The notes: a model not told the origin generated them from the sequence alone. Numbered from the stretch's first letter, positions 47,899-57,511 are shown. The stretch: DNA of 64,000 nt from Bacillota bacterium (GCA_030526325.1 JAUNCY010000003.1:268-64267); one strand, 5' to 3'. Program-made: numbers and translations.

Positions 47899-49032
47899 TT
47901 ACGGATTGCAGGCTCCGCAGGGCTCATAGCCTTCGTTGACAGCCTGACTTCTGCTGCCGAAATACACACGGTTTTTCTCCGACATGCCTGATACGGAACT
48001 GCAGGAACTCTGATGGAACTTTCCGGAGTTTTTATTGCCTACATACTGAATTTCCGAAACCGAATTGTTCTGACCTAGCGAATTTCCCGCAGAATAAGTC
48101 GGATCCGAAGACGGCTCCGTAACGGTAATCGAACCCTCATTTTCAAATCTGCAGGTTTTTCCGTCCGTTTCCATAACTATAGTTCCACTGTTCATAGTGT
48201 AATATACGACTGCACCGATCTCATCCAGCCTTTCAAGAGTTTCCCAGTGGGGATGTCCGTAGGAATTGTCCTTTCCTGCGGAAATTATCGCATATTCCGG
48301 CTTAATTCTGTTCAGGAATTCCGAACAGGTGGATTTTGACGATCCGTGATGGGCTGCCTTGAGAACAGTAACCTTTTCGAATTTATCAAGATTCTCTCTT
48401 TCGGTCTTTGAACCCATATCTCCTGTAAGAAGCACAGAAATATCTCCGAAAACCACCTCCGAAACAACGCTCACTTCATTTACATCTTCATCCTCATCAC
48501 CGGTTTCTATTATCCTGACATATGCATTTCCCCCCATTTCCCATATCAAATCATCGTCGGGATACACAATGCATTCCTGCTCGTTTTCAAGCGCATCCAT
48601 GTAATTATAATATGTCACGGTATCCTTGACCGCTCCGCTGTCCACAACGTATGCCACCTGAAATCTGTCAAAAATATACATCATGCCGCCGATATGGTCA
48701 GAATCCGGATGAGTGGCAATTATCATATCAAGGGCGCCGTCCACGTATGGAGCTATATAATCTATCACGTCTCTGCTGTATTCCCACTCACCGCAGTCAA
48801 CGAGAATCTCTTTGTCACCGTAGTCAATAAATGTGCAGTCACCCTGTCCCACATCAATAAAATGGATTTTCATAACCTCCTCATCAGACAGATTGTCAGA
48901 CGAAGAGCCGGCACCTGTAATCCGGGTACTGACAGAATCCAGATCCACAGGTTCTCCCGAACATCCCGCTGCAGTCATCCAAATCAGAAGCACCACCGCT
49001 ATACATATAGTTTTTCTTAAAATGCCTTTCAT
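47899..49032 (-). CDS. Lipoprotein with ComEC/Rec2-type MBL-fold domain and C-terminal Cys/His motif
   Basis: 377 aa with a lipobox (MTAAGCSG), HFIDVGQGDC, ATHPDSDHIGG and AAHHGS. The C-terminus is GKFHQSSCSSV...GYEPCGACNP. Confidence 0.75.
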   Translation of the reverse strand: MKGILRKTICIAVVLLIWMTAAGCSGEPVDLDSVSTRITGAGSSSDNLSDEEVMKIHFIDVGQGDCTFIDYGDKEILVDCGEWEYSRDVIDYIAPYVDGALDMIIATHPDSDHIGGMMYIFDRFQVAYVVDSGAVKDTVTYYNYMDALENEQECIVYPDDDLIWEMGGNAYVRIIETGDEDEDVNEVSVVSEVVFGDISVLLTGDMGSKTERENLDKFEKVTVLKAAHHGSSKSTCSEFLNRIKPEYAIISAGKDNSYGHPHWETLERLDEIGAVVYYTMNSGTIVMETDGKTCRFENEGSITVTEPSSDPTYSAGNSLGQNNSVSEIQYVGNKNSGKFHQSSCSSVSGMSEKNRVYFGSRSQAVNEGYEPCGACNP

Positions 49033-49105
49033 ATCTTTTTCCTTTAATAATATAAAACTGTTTATTCTGTCTGATTCTTAAAATGCAGTCCTGTGCAGCT
49101 TTATT

Positions 49106-49453
49106 TCAAACACTGCCCAGATATCCTGCAAGCTCCGCCTTTTGCATATCTCCCCTGCTGTAAACCCTGCATTCCAGCTTTTGCCCGAGAAAATCCTCAA
49201 GTTCCGAATCTCCCGAAACAAGCATTTCCTTGCTCTTTCTGGGAAGCTTTTTCAGCCTGTATTCAAGTTTTGCGGCTTCCGAAACCGTCTCACAGATCCA
49301 GTAGCATTCAAGCCGTAGGGCTCCTCTTGAGGATACGTATTTTGAGCATCCGGCACCGCCCTCAAAATGAATTTTCAGCCGGTTTTCCAGTTCCGAAGCT
49401 ATGCCGGTATAAATAGAATCGTCTCTGCATCTCAACATATAAATATAATGCAT
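49106..49453 (-). CDS. GIY-YIG nuclease-family small protein (UPF0213-like)
   Basis: 115 aa with MHYIYMLRCRDDSIYTGIASELENRLKIH. Confidence 0.8.
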   Translation of the reverse strand: MHYIYMLRCRDDSIYTGIASELENRLKIHFEGGAGCSKYVSSRGALRLECYWICETVSEAAKLEYRLKKLPRKSKEMLVSGDSELEDFLGQKLECRVYSRGDMQKAELAGYLGSV

Positions 49454-49465
49454 TTTTCCTCCGGA

Positions 49466-49987
49466 TTACCGTCCTTCTGTTTTTCTGTATTCATCCACGG
49501 CGCAGCATATCATTTCCACCGTTTCCTCCAGGGTGCTGTCTCCCGCTTCAATTACAATATCCGCATACTTTTCATACATAGGCGCCCGGAAATGATAAAG
49601 GTCTGCGATTGTTTCGCCTTTTCTCAGTATCACGCCTCTGGTTTTAATATTGCTGAGTCTTTTTTCAATTTCTTCAAGAGGAACATTCAGATATACTATT
49701 ATTCCGTCCTGTCCGAGATTTTTCATGGATTCCGGATAATATACCGCACTTCCGCCGGTGGATATTACCGATTCACTTACATCCACACCGGAAAGAATCT
49801 CCTCTTCAATCGCCTTGAAGGTGTCAATTCCGTCTTCGTTCAGAATTGCCTGCAGAGTTTTTCCCGTCTTCTGCTGTATATATAAGTCTGTATCCACGAA
49901 ATTTTTACCCAGTGTCTTTGCAAGCACAACTCCGGTTGTGCTTTTTCCCGAAGCAGCCATTCCGATAAGTACAATATTTGATTTCAT
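49466..49987 (-). CDS. aroK: Shikimate kinase
   Basis: 173 aa with the P-loop NIVLIGMAASGKST, ...DTD... and ISTGGS motifs. Confidence 0.9.
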   Translation of the reverse strand: MKSNIVLIGMAASGKSTTGVVLAKTLGKNFVDTDLYIQQKTGKTLQAILNEDGIDTFKAIEEEILSGVDVSESVISTGGSAVYYPESMKNLGQDGIIVYLNVPLEEIEKRLSNIKTRGVILRKGETIADLYHFRAPMYEKYADIVIEAGDSTLEETVEMICCAVDEYRKTEGR

Positions 49988-50077
49988 ACATCTCTCATAA
50001 CCCGGTAAAGCGATTCGTGTCCCACCGGATTCTTCCTTTCGTTTTCTTTAATAAAATAATATCGTTCTGATTAAATC

Positions 50078-50086
50078 ATTCTACCA
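50078..50086 (-). promoter_or_regulatory. Candidate extended -10 element for aroK
   Basis: Minus strand reads TGGTAGAAT (TGnTAGAAT) about 90 nt upstream of the aroK ATG. The -35 region is weak. Confidence 0.3.
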
Positions 50087-50292
50087 TATATTCTATGCAC
50101 ATTAAAGGAGAAAACCGCATATTGCATATCCGGTGTCAGAGGGAACCAATTTCCTTACGCAGGAACGCCCTAAATCGGTTAAATCCTGCTCCCTCAGCAG
50201 GCGCCGCTTTAATATTTAACAGCCGCAGATTTACGTCTGAACTTCAAGCCTTCATTCAAGCGGATCTGTGCCTGAACTGCAAAACTATTCAC

Positions 50293-50339
50293 AAAAAGAA
50301 GCTGCTGCTCAACAGCCTGTAAAGCTGTATCGCAGCAGC
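50293..50339 (-). terminator. Intrinsic terminator ending the polyferredoxin-PFOR-nfnAB unit
   Basis: Minus strand stem GCUGCUGC...GCAGCAGC (50301-50339) has an inner ACAGC/GCUGU helix and is followed by UUCUUUUU. Confidence 0.65.
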
Positions 50340-50375
50340 ATCATTTCAATTAATCAATATATACGCACTGACTGA

Positions 50376-51764
50376 TTAGGGTCTTAAGAAGCTGTCAATT
50401 CCCGCAGCTGCGGTCTTTCCTGCTCCCATAGCCTTGATAACAGTAGCAGCGCCTGTAACAGCATCGCCGCCGGCAAAGATTTCCGGTCTGTTTGTTGCCG
50501 CGGAGCTGTCGGTTCCGATTCCGCCTCTTTCGTTTGCCTGGAGATTTTCAGTGGTTTCCAGAATCAATCTGTTCAGTCTGGTTCCTATAGCCATTATCAC
50601 GCAGTCAACATCGAGAACAAAATTTGAACCCTCTATCACAACAGGCTTTCTTCTTCCGGAAGCATCCGGTTCACCGAGTTCCATCTTCACACATTCGATT
50701 CCTGTTACATATGCGTTTTCATCACCGACAACCTTTACAGGATTTGTGAGATACTTGAACTCAATGCCTTCTTCCACAGCATGGTGGATTTCTTCTGCTC
50801 TTGCAGGAATTTCCTCTGCCGAACGTCTGTATATGATGTAAACATCTTCTGCTCCCATACGCTTAGCGCATCTTGCAGCGTCCATAGCAACATTACCGCC
50901 GCCTACTACGGCTACCTTCTTTGCTTTCTGAATAGGAGTATCGTACTCCGGCAGATAAGCCTTCATCAGATTGATTCTTGTCAGGTATTCGTTTGCGGAA
51001 CATACTCCGAGAAGATTTTCACCCGGAATGTTCATAAATGTCGGAAGGCCGGCACCTGTTCCGATAAAGACTGATTCGTAACCTTCCTCCTCTATAAGTT
51101 CGTCAACAGTAAGAGACTGACCAATTATAGCGTTGGTAACGAATTTTACGCCCTTTGCCTCCAGCTTTGCAACCTCTGCCGCAACAATCTCCTTAGGGAG
51201 ACGGAACTGCGGGATTCCGTAAACCAGCACTCCGCCTATTTTGTGAAGACTTTCGTAAACAGTTACATCGTAACCCTTGTTGATCAGATCTCCGGCACAT
51301 GCCAGTCCTGCAGGCCCTGAGCCTACAACAGCAACCTTGTGACCGTTGCTTTCGGCAGGCTTGATTTCTTCATCGCCGTAATTAGCTGCATGCCAGTCGG
51401 CAACAAATCTTTCAAGTCTTCCTATTCCTACAGGTTCGCCTTTTTTGCCGTGAACGCATTTGCCTTCACACTGGTTTTCCTGAGGACATACTCTTCCGCA
51501 TACTGCAGGAAGTGAGCTTGTTTCACTAATTATCTTATATGCTTCCTCGAATTCGCCTTTTGCAACCTGAGCAATGAAGTCAGGGATTTTAACCATTACC
51601 GGGCATCCCGTCATGCAGGGTTTTTTTCTGCAGTTGAGACATCTCATCGCTTCTCTTACAGCGTCAGCTTCTGTATAGCCTGTTGATACCTCGAGAAAGT
51701 TCTTGTTTCTGACATCCGGTCTCTGTTCCGGCATAGGATTTTTTTCTCTGGTCAGATTAATCAT
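50376..51764 (-). CDS. nfnB: NfnB-like subunit (GltD/glutamate-synthase small-chain-like, 2x[4Fe-4S] + FAD/NADPH)
   Basis: The track start (51776) is a GTG abutting GGAGG. The ATG at 51764 (MINLTRE...) is more likely. Motifs CLNCRKKPCMTGCPV, CGRVCPQENQCEGKC, VAVVGSGPAGLACA and VAVVGGGNVAMD are present. Confidence 0.8.
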   Translation of the reverse strand: MINLTREKNPMPEQRPDVRNKNFLEVSTGYTEADAVREAMRCLNCRKKPCMTGCPVMVKIPDFIAQVAKGEFEEAYKIISETSSLPAVCGRVCPQENQCEGKCVHGKKGEPVGIGRLERFVADWHAANYGDEEIKPAESNGHKVAVVGSGPAGLACAGDLINKGYDVTVYESLHKIGGVLVYGIPQFRLPKEIVAAEVAKLEAKGVKFVTNAIIGQSLTVDELIEEEGYESVFIGTGAGLPTFMNIPGENLLGVCSANEYLTRINLMKAYLPEYDTPIQKAKKVAVVGGGNVAMDAARCAKRMGAEDVYIIYRRSAEEIPARAEEIHHAVEEGIEFKYLTNPVKVVGDENAYVTGIECVKMELGEPDASGRRKPVVIEGSNFVLDVDCVIMAIGTRLNRLILETTENLQANERGGIGTDSSAATNRPEIFAGGDAVTGAATVIKAMGAGKTAAAGIDSFLRP

Positions 51765-52611
51765 GGTATCGTACACCTCCTGTCAGTCGGCAGACATGTG
51801 CCCGGTCTTCAGCTTCCTGCTCACGATAGAATGAATTTCTGTGTATGAGTTCATCCCAGTCTACGAGGGAACCGTCAAATTCCGGACCGTCAACGCATAC
51901 GAATTTATCCTCTCCTCCGATTCTGGCTCTGCAGCCGCCGCACATTCCTGTGCCGTCTATCATGTATGCCGTGAGAGATGCCACAGAAGGAATATTATAT
52001 TCCGCAGCAATCTGACATACGAGTTTCATCATAATAGGAGGACCTACCGCAACGATTTCGTCATATGTATTTCCGTTTTCTATCAGCTCTTTGAGCTTAT
52101 CTGTTGTAAATGCTTTTTCTCCGTATGAACCGTCATCTGTCACCACATAAAGGTTAGTGGTTTCGGCACGGAATTCATCTTCCAGAAAAACAAGATCCTT
52201 GCTTTTGAATCCTGTTATCATATCTACACTGATTCCGTTTCTGTGCATTCCAGAAGCGATAGGATAAGCAAGAGCGTTTCCTGTTCCTCCGCCTACAACA
52301 CAGACTTTTTTCAGACCTTCCATATGGGTCGCTTTTCCCAAAGGTCCTACGATATCTGCAAAGCAGTCCCCTTCTTCGAGCTGATCCATCAGCATTGTGG
52401 TTCTGCCTACGGTTGCGTAAATAAGGTCAATTGTACCGTCTTTTTCATTGTGTCCTGCCATGGTAAGAGGAATTCTCTCACCGTATTCGTCAGTTCTGAG
52501 AATAATGAACTGTCCCGGTTTTGCCTTTCTTGCAACAAGGGGAGCATAAATTACCATCCAGGTAATATTGTCGTTGAGTTTTCTTTTGCTAGTGATTTCA
52601 AACATTTTCAT
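51757..52611 (-). CDS. nfnA: NfnA-like subunit (FAD/NAD-binding ferredoxin-reductase fold with C-terminal [2Fe-2S] Cys motif)
   Basis: 284 aa with GQFIILR, RIPLTMAG, VVGGGTGNA and DGTGMCGGCR...CVDGPEF. Confidence 0.8.
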   Translation of the reverse strand: MKMFEITSKRKLNDNITWMVIYAPLVARKAKPGQFIILRTDEYGERIPLTMAGHNEKDGTIDLIYATVGRTTMLMDQLEEGDCFADIVGPLGKATHMEGLKKVCVVGGGTGNALAYPIASGMHRNGISVDMITGFKSKDLVFLEDEFRAETTNLYVVTDDGSYGEKAFTTDKLKELIENGNTYDEIVAVGPPIMMKLVCQIAAEYNIPSVASLTAYMIDGTGMCGGCRARIGGEDKFVCVDGPEFDGSLVDWDELIHRNSFYREQEAEDRAHVCRLTGGVRYHD

Positions 52612-52627
52612 TTATGCCGCCTCCCCT

Positions 52628-55600
52628 CTATCTATCCAGACTCTTCTTCTGATTCTTCAGATGCCTGTATCTTTCAACTGCAATCTGTTCTGCCTTGTCA
52701 AACAGCACTTCGGCTCTTTCAGGGAACTTAATCTTCAGGGAATCGTATCTTTCCTCGCCGCCGATAAATGCCTTGTAGCTTTCAGTAGGCTCACCGCTGT
52801 CGATTGATAACGGATTTTTGCCCTGTGCTTCCAGATCAGGATTGTATCTGAGCAGGTTCCAGTATCCGGAACGTACTGCATTCTTCATTTCCAGCATTGC
52901 CTTGTTCATGCCGGCTTTTACACCGTGGTTGATACAAGGAGCATATGCTATGATAAGAGAAGGTCCGTTGTAGCTTTCTGCTTCTTTTATAGCTCTGAGG
53001 GTCTGTTCCGGATTTGCTCCCATTGCAACCTGAGCCACGTAAACGTAACCGTAAGCAATAGCTATCTGAGCAAGATCCTTTTTCTTTACAGTCTTACCGG
53101 ATGCGGCAAATTTAGCTACAGCGCCGATAGGTGTTGCCTTGGATGACTGTCCGCCTGTATTTGAATATACTTCTGTATCGAATACGAGCACATTGATATT
53201 TTCGCCTGATGCCAGCACGTGGTCGAGTCCGCCGTAACCGATATCGTAAGCCCAGCCGTCTCCTCCGAATATCCACATTGAAGGTTTAATCAGCATATTC
53301 TTATTTTCAACAACGTATCTTGCATCCGGGCTGAGATCCATAATCTTTTTACATTCCTCAACCAGTATAGCACCTGTATCTTCTGAAGCCTTTGCATCAT
53401 CCATCGAAGCCAGCCATGCGCGTGCAGGAACTCCTACGGAATCCGAAAGTCTTTCCACAACAGTTTTCATTTCTTCTCTTCTTGCCTGCATTGAAACAGC
53501 CATACCGAGACCGAACTCTGCATTATCTTCAAACAGAGAATTTGCCCATGCAGGACCTCTTCCTTCTTTATTCACTGTGTAAGGTGTGCTCGGAGCACTG
53601 CAGCCCCAGATTGAAGAGCAGCCTGTAGCATTTGCTATGAACATTCTGTCGCCGAACAGCTGTGTAACGAGCTTAGCATACGGAGATTCTCCGCATCCCG
53701 GACATGCTCCGGAGAACTCGAGCAGAGGCTGTCTGAACTGTGAACCCTTTACGGAATCTTCTTTGAACGGCAGTTCTTTTTCTTCTACATTATTGAACAG
53801 ATAATCGTATTTCTTCTGTGCTTCCTGTACGTTGTCGTACTCTGCCGGCATCATTTCCAGAGCTTTCTTTCTGGATGGGCATACCTGAGCGCAGCTTCCG
53901 CAGCCTGTGCAGTCCAGGGCAGAAATTCCGAGAGTAAAGAATTTATCCTCTGTTCCCTTCATGTTGAGTCTGTCGCCTTCGAAAGCGGCAGCTTCCTCGC
54001 TGTTCATGGCAAACGGTCTGATTACGCCGTGAGGACAGACATATGAACACCAGTTGCACTGCATGCAGTTTTCCTTGTTCCACTTAGGAATATCTGTAGC
54101 TATTCCTCTCTTTTCGAATGCTGCTGTTCCCGCAGGAATCATACCATCGGCAGTTGATAAAAATGCGGATACAGGTACACTGTCGCCGTCAAGCTTGTTT
54201 GTCGGAACGAGAATGTTGTTAAGATATTCTGTCTGCACAGCATCTCTTCCTACCAGTTCGGCAGGAGCTTCTGTTTCAACAGCGTCTTTCCATGCCGCAG
54301 GAATTTCCACTTTGTGAATATTTGCCACACCCGCATCTACAGCGGCAATATTCATGTTAACAATCTTTTCGCCTTTTCTGCCGTATGTCTTTTTAATAGC
54401 GGACTTCATGTATTCCACAGCTTCATCGATAGGAATGATATCAGCCAGCTTAAAGAATGCAGCCTGAAGAACTGTATTTGTTCTTCTAGCACCCAGACCT
54501 ATCTGTTTTGCCGCAGATACAGCATCACAGGTGTAGAACTGAATATCGTTTTCAGCGATATATTTTTTTACTTTTGCAGGAAGATGCTTTTCGAGTTCTT
54601 CGTCGCTCCATCCGCAGTTAAGGAGGAAGTATCCGCCCGGCTTAACATCTTCTACCATGTTGTATCTGGTCAGATATGCGGAGTTATGGCAGGCAACAAA
54701 GTCAGCCTGTTTTACATAATATGTTGATTTGATTGGCGCATCTCCGAATCTGAGGTGGGAAATTGTTACACCGCCCGATTTCTTGGAGTCATACTGGAAG
54801 TAAGCCTGTACTTTCTTGTCTGTGTGGTCACCGATAATTTTAACGCTGTTTTTGTTTGCTCCTACAGTACCGTCTGCTCCGAGGCCCCAGAACTTACATG
54901 CCTTTGTTCCCGGTGCCGCAACATCCGGATTTTCGGTTACAGGAAGAGACAGTCCGGTGACATCGTCTTCAATTGAGATTGTGAATTCTTTCTTAGGAGA
55001 GTCGCTCCAGAGATTCTGATATACAGAAAGAATATCTCCCGGCTGAACGTCTTTTGAACCGAGACCGTAACGGCCTCCAGCAACGAATACGCTTTCAAAA
55101 GCGGTTCCTCTGAGTGCAGATATTACATCCAGATACAGAGGTTCGCCAACGCCGCCCGGCTCTTTTGTTCTGTCAAGGACAGCAATTTTCTTAACTGTTT
55201 CAGGAATAACACTGAGAAGGTATTTTGCCGAGAACGGTCTGTAGAGATGAACCTCAACAATACCTGTCTTCTTTCCTCTTGCGTTCAGGTAGTCCACCAG
55301 CTCTTCAGCTGCTTCGCAGACCGAACCCATAGCGATAATGATTTCCTCAGCCTGAGGATCTCCGTAGTAGTTGAAAGGTCTATAGTCAGTGCCGATCTTT
55401 GCATTGACTTTATCCATGTATTCAGCAATAATATCCGCGGTTTCAAGATATGCGGTGTTTGCCGCTTCTCTGTGCTGGAAGAATGTTTCCGGCTGTTCCG
55501 CAGAACCCATGCTGTAAGGATTTGCCGGATGGAGGGATTTTTCTCTGAATCTCTTAACCGCATCCCAGTCAACCATATCGCTCAGATCTTTATAATCCCA

Positions 55601-56152
55601 TACTTCAATCTTCTGGTTTTCGTGGGATGTTCTGAAACCGTCGAAGAAATGGAGCATAGGCAGTCTTCCGCCTATAGTGGCGAGATGTGCAACAGCCGAT
55701 AAATCCATTACCTGCTGAACACTGTTTGACGCCAGCATTACAAATCCTGTCTGACGGCAGCCCATAACATCGGAATGATCTCCGAAAATAGAAAGGGCAT
55801 GAGTTGAGATCGCTCTCGCAGCAACATGAAATACCGCAGGAGTCTGCTCGCCGGCAATCTTATACATATTTGGAATCATGAGAAGCAGTCCCTGAGAAGC
55901 TGTGAATGTGGAAGTATAAGCTCCGCCTGTAATAGCTCCGTGTACGGCACCTGCCGCACCGCCTTCCGACTGCATTTCAATGATTTTTACTTTTTCACCG
56001 AAAATATTTTTTCTTCCCTGAGATACCCATTCATCCATGCTTTCCGCCATAGGCGAAGAAGGTGTGATAGGATAAATTGCGGAAACCTCTGAGAATGCAT
56101 ATGCAACATGAGCCGCAGCTGTGTTACCGTCCATAGTCTTAAGTTCTCTCAT
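52628..56152 (-). CDS. nifJ: Pyruvate:ferredoxin (flavodoxin) oxidoreductase, single-polypeptide type
   Basis: The track start (56245) overlaps the upstream gene. The likely start is the ATG at 56152 (MRELKTMDGNTAAAHVAYAFSEV) with AAGGAG upstream. There are two ferredoxin CxxCxxCxxxCP motifs (CMQCNWCSYVCP, CTGCGSCAQVCP) and TPP-binding GGDGWAYDIG. Confidence 0.95.
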   Translation of the reverse strand: MRELKTMDGNTAAAHVAYAFSEVSAIYPITPSSPMAESMDEWVSQGRKNIFGEKVKIIEMQSEGGAAGAVHGAITGGAYTSTFTASQGLLLMIPNMYKIAGEQTPAVFHVAARAISTHALSIFGDHSDVMGCRQTGFVMLASNSVQQVMDLSAVAHLATIGGRLPMLHFFDGFRTSHENQKIEVWDYKDLSDMVDWDAVKRFREKSLHPANPYSMGSAEQPETFFQHREAANTAYLETADIIAEYMDKVNAKIGTDYRPFNYYGDPQAEEIIIAMGSVCEAAEELVDYLNARGKKTGIVEVHLYRPFSAKYLLSVIPETVKKIAVLDRTKEPGGVGEPLYLDVISALRGTAFESVFVAGGRYGLGSKDVQPGDILSVYQNLWSDSPKKEFTISIEDDVTGLSLPVTENPDVAAPGTKACKFWGLGADGTVGANKNSVKIIGDHTDKKVQAYFQYDSKKSGGVTISHLRFGDAPIKSTYYVKQADFVACHNSAYLTRYNMVEDVKPGGYFLLNCGWSDEELEKHLPAKVKKYIAENDIQFYTCDAVSAAKQIGLGARRTNTVLQAAFFKLADIIPIDEAVEYMKSAIKKTYGRKGEKIVNMNIAAVDAGVANIHKVEIPAAWKDAVETEAPAELVGRDAVQTEYLNNILVPTNKLDGDSVPVSAFLSTADGMIPAGTAAFEKRGIATDIPKWNKENCMQCNWCSYVCPHGVIRPFAMNSEEAAAFEGDRLNMKGTEDKFFTLGISALDCTGCGSCAQVCPSRKKALEMMPAEYDNVQEAQKKYDYLFNNVEEKELPFKEDSVKGSQFRQPLLEFSGACPGCGESPYAKLVTQLFGDRMFIANATGCSSIWGCSAPSTPYTVNKEGRGPAWANSLFEDNAEFGLGMAVSMQARREEMKTVVERLSDSVGVPARAWLASMDDAKASEDTGAILVEECKKIMDLSPDARYVVENKNMLIKPSMWIFGGDGWAYDIGYGGLDHVLASGENINVLVFDTEVYSNTGGQSSKATPIGAVAKFAASGKTVKKKDLAQIAIAYGYVYVAQVAMGANPEQTLRAIKEAESYNGPSLIIAYAPCINHGVKAGMNKAMLEMKNAVRSGYWNLLRYNPDLEAQGKNPLSIDSGEPTESYKAFIGGEERYDSLKIKFPERAEVLFDKAEQIAVERYRHLKNQKKSLDR

Positions 56153-56157
56153 CTCAA

Positions 56158-57456
56158 TCACACTCCTTTCTCTGCATTCAGGGCATCTGTCTGCAGATAA
56201 TTGTATTCGGGAACTTCTCTTTCCCTGATGATATTTCTTCGGCAAACATACTGGCAGACCTGACAGTTTTCGCAGAGTTCAGGATCTACAACCGCATGAT
56301 TGTCTTCCATGTATATAGCTCCGTTCGGGCAGTTTGCCGCACAGTCACCGCATCCGATGCAGGCTGCAGCGCATACTTCTTCCTTGTCGGCATAATCCGC
56401 AGCAGAAGAACACGGAACCATTTTTGCGCCTTTGTACGGCACTATAGTAATAAGTCCTTTAGGACATGCATATGTACAGTCTTTGCAGCCTACACATTTA
56501 TCGGTATCAACGAAAGCAGTACCGTAAACAACGTGAATCGCATCATATCTGCATACCTTTGTGCAGTCTCCGAGACCTGCGCATCCAGTGGTGCACAGAC
56601 CTTCGTCTAACGGGTTGACTGCGGAAACAGCATCTCTGCAGCTTTCGAAGCCCATAGCTTTATACTTTTCACCCGCTGCAGCACCGCCGCTGCATCTTAC
56701 AAAGGCAACCTTTTCCTTAAGCTCTGCAAGATTGTGCAGTGTATCAACGATTATCTTTTTTCTGCATTTTACTGTGCACGCAGTACAGCCGACACATTTA
56801 TCGTAATCAATAACTGCATGATTGTTTTCAATAGAAACAGCACCTTCCGGACATGCTCTTTCGCATTCTCCGCAGGCGATACATCCGAATCCGCAGATTT
56901 CCCTTACCTTGTCGTCATCCTCTTCGCAGGACGAACACGGAATAAAGTTTGTTGCATCTGCAGGAATCATATGAATAATTCCCTGTACACAGCTGTCAGC
57001 TGAAGCACAAGCTCCGCATCCGCTGCATTTTTCGGAATCAATAACTACTTTCCCCTCTTTTACACTCATTGCATCGAAGGTGCAATACCCGGTACAGCTC
57101 CCTGCACCGATACATCCGTCTTTACACTCTCCTCTTACAAATCCGGCTTTACGTGCTTCCGCACAGTCTGAGTAACCGGAAAATCTTTCTTTGCCGGCAG
57201 AACTTCCTGCACAGGCAACGAATGCAATCTTCTTAATAACCTCTCTTCCGGGTCTTCCCGTTAATTCTGCAATTTCATCAACCTGTTCCTGAGTGCAGGC
57301 AGGACACAGAGCAATATCTTCGCCCTCTGCTATCGCCATCGCACATTCGGAACATCCTGACTTACCGCAGCCACCATGTCCTTTGCAGTCGGTTCCGGGT
57401 AAAACAGATAAAATTTTTTCAGCAATTTCCGAAACGCTGCAATTACAGCTAATCAT
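56158..57456 (-). CDS. Soluble RnfB-like polyferredoxin (N-terminal RnfB-type Fe-S motif + two tandem ~160-aa multi-[4Fe-4S] repeats)
   Basis: 432 aa and very Cys-rich. The N-terminus has LPGTDCKGHGGCGKSGCSECAMAIAEGEDIALCPAC. The repeats are aa 77-236 and 250-410, each carrying four Cys quartets including CxxCxxCxxxCP. GGGAGG lies upstream of the ATG at 57456. Confidence 0.85.
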   Translation of the reverse strand: MISCNCSVSEIAEKILSVLPGTDCKGHGGCGKSGCSECAMAIAEGEDIALCPACTQEQVDEIAELTGRPGREVIKKIAFVACAGSSAGKERFSGYSDCAEARKAGFVRGECKDGCIGAGSCTGYCTFDAMSVKEGKVVIDSEKCSGCGACASADSCVQGIIHMIPADATNFIPCSSCEEDDDKVREICGFGCIACGECERACPEGAVSIENNHAVIDYDKCVGCTACTVKCRKKIIVDTLHNLAELKEKVAFVRCSGGAAAGEKYKAMGFESCRDAVSAVNPLDEGLCTTGCAGLGDCTKVCRYDAIHVVYGTAFVDTDKCVGCKDCTYACPKGLITIVPYKGAKMVPCSSAADYADKEEVCAAACIGCGDCAANCPNGAIYMEDNHAVVDPELCENCQVCQYVCRRNIIREREVPEYNYLQTDALNAEKGV

Positions 57457-57511
57457 AAATTAGCGCCTCCCTTCAATAAAAATAAATACCTAAATCTCCT
57501 TATCCATGATT

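Noticed and set aside
50010-50033. T-box-like string GAAUCCGGUGGGACACGAAUCGC upstream of aroK
   Set aside because: It only partially resembles the T-box core (GGUGGNACCGCG). I see no Stem I, specifier loop or GA motif upstream, no terminator/antiterminator alternative, and the candidate promoter lies only about 90 nt from the ATG.
50095-50322. 75-aa plus-strand ORF in the nfnB-aroK spacer
   Set aside because: It has no Shine-Dalgarno sequence, it runs through the minus-strand terminator hairpin, and its composition is not protein-like.
56153-56245. N-terminal extension of the PFOR ORF, which overlaps the polyferredoxin gene by 88 nt
   Set aside because: The ATG at 56152 is preceded by AAGGAG and gives the canonical PFOR N-terminus (MRELKTMDGNTAAAH...). 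The extension is the out-of-frame 3' end of the upstream gene.
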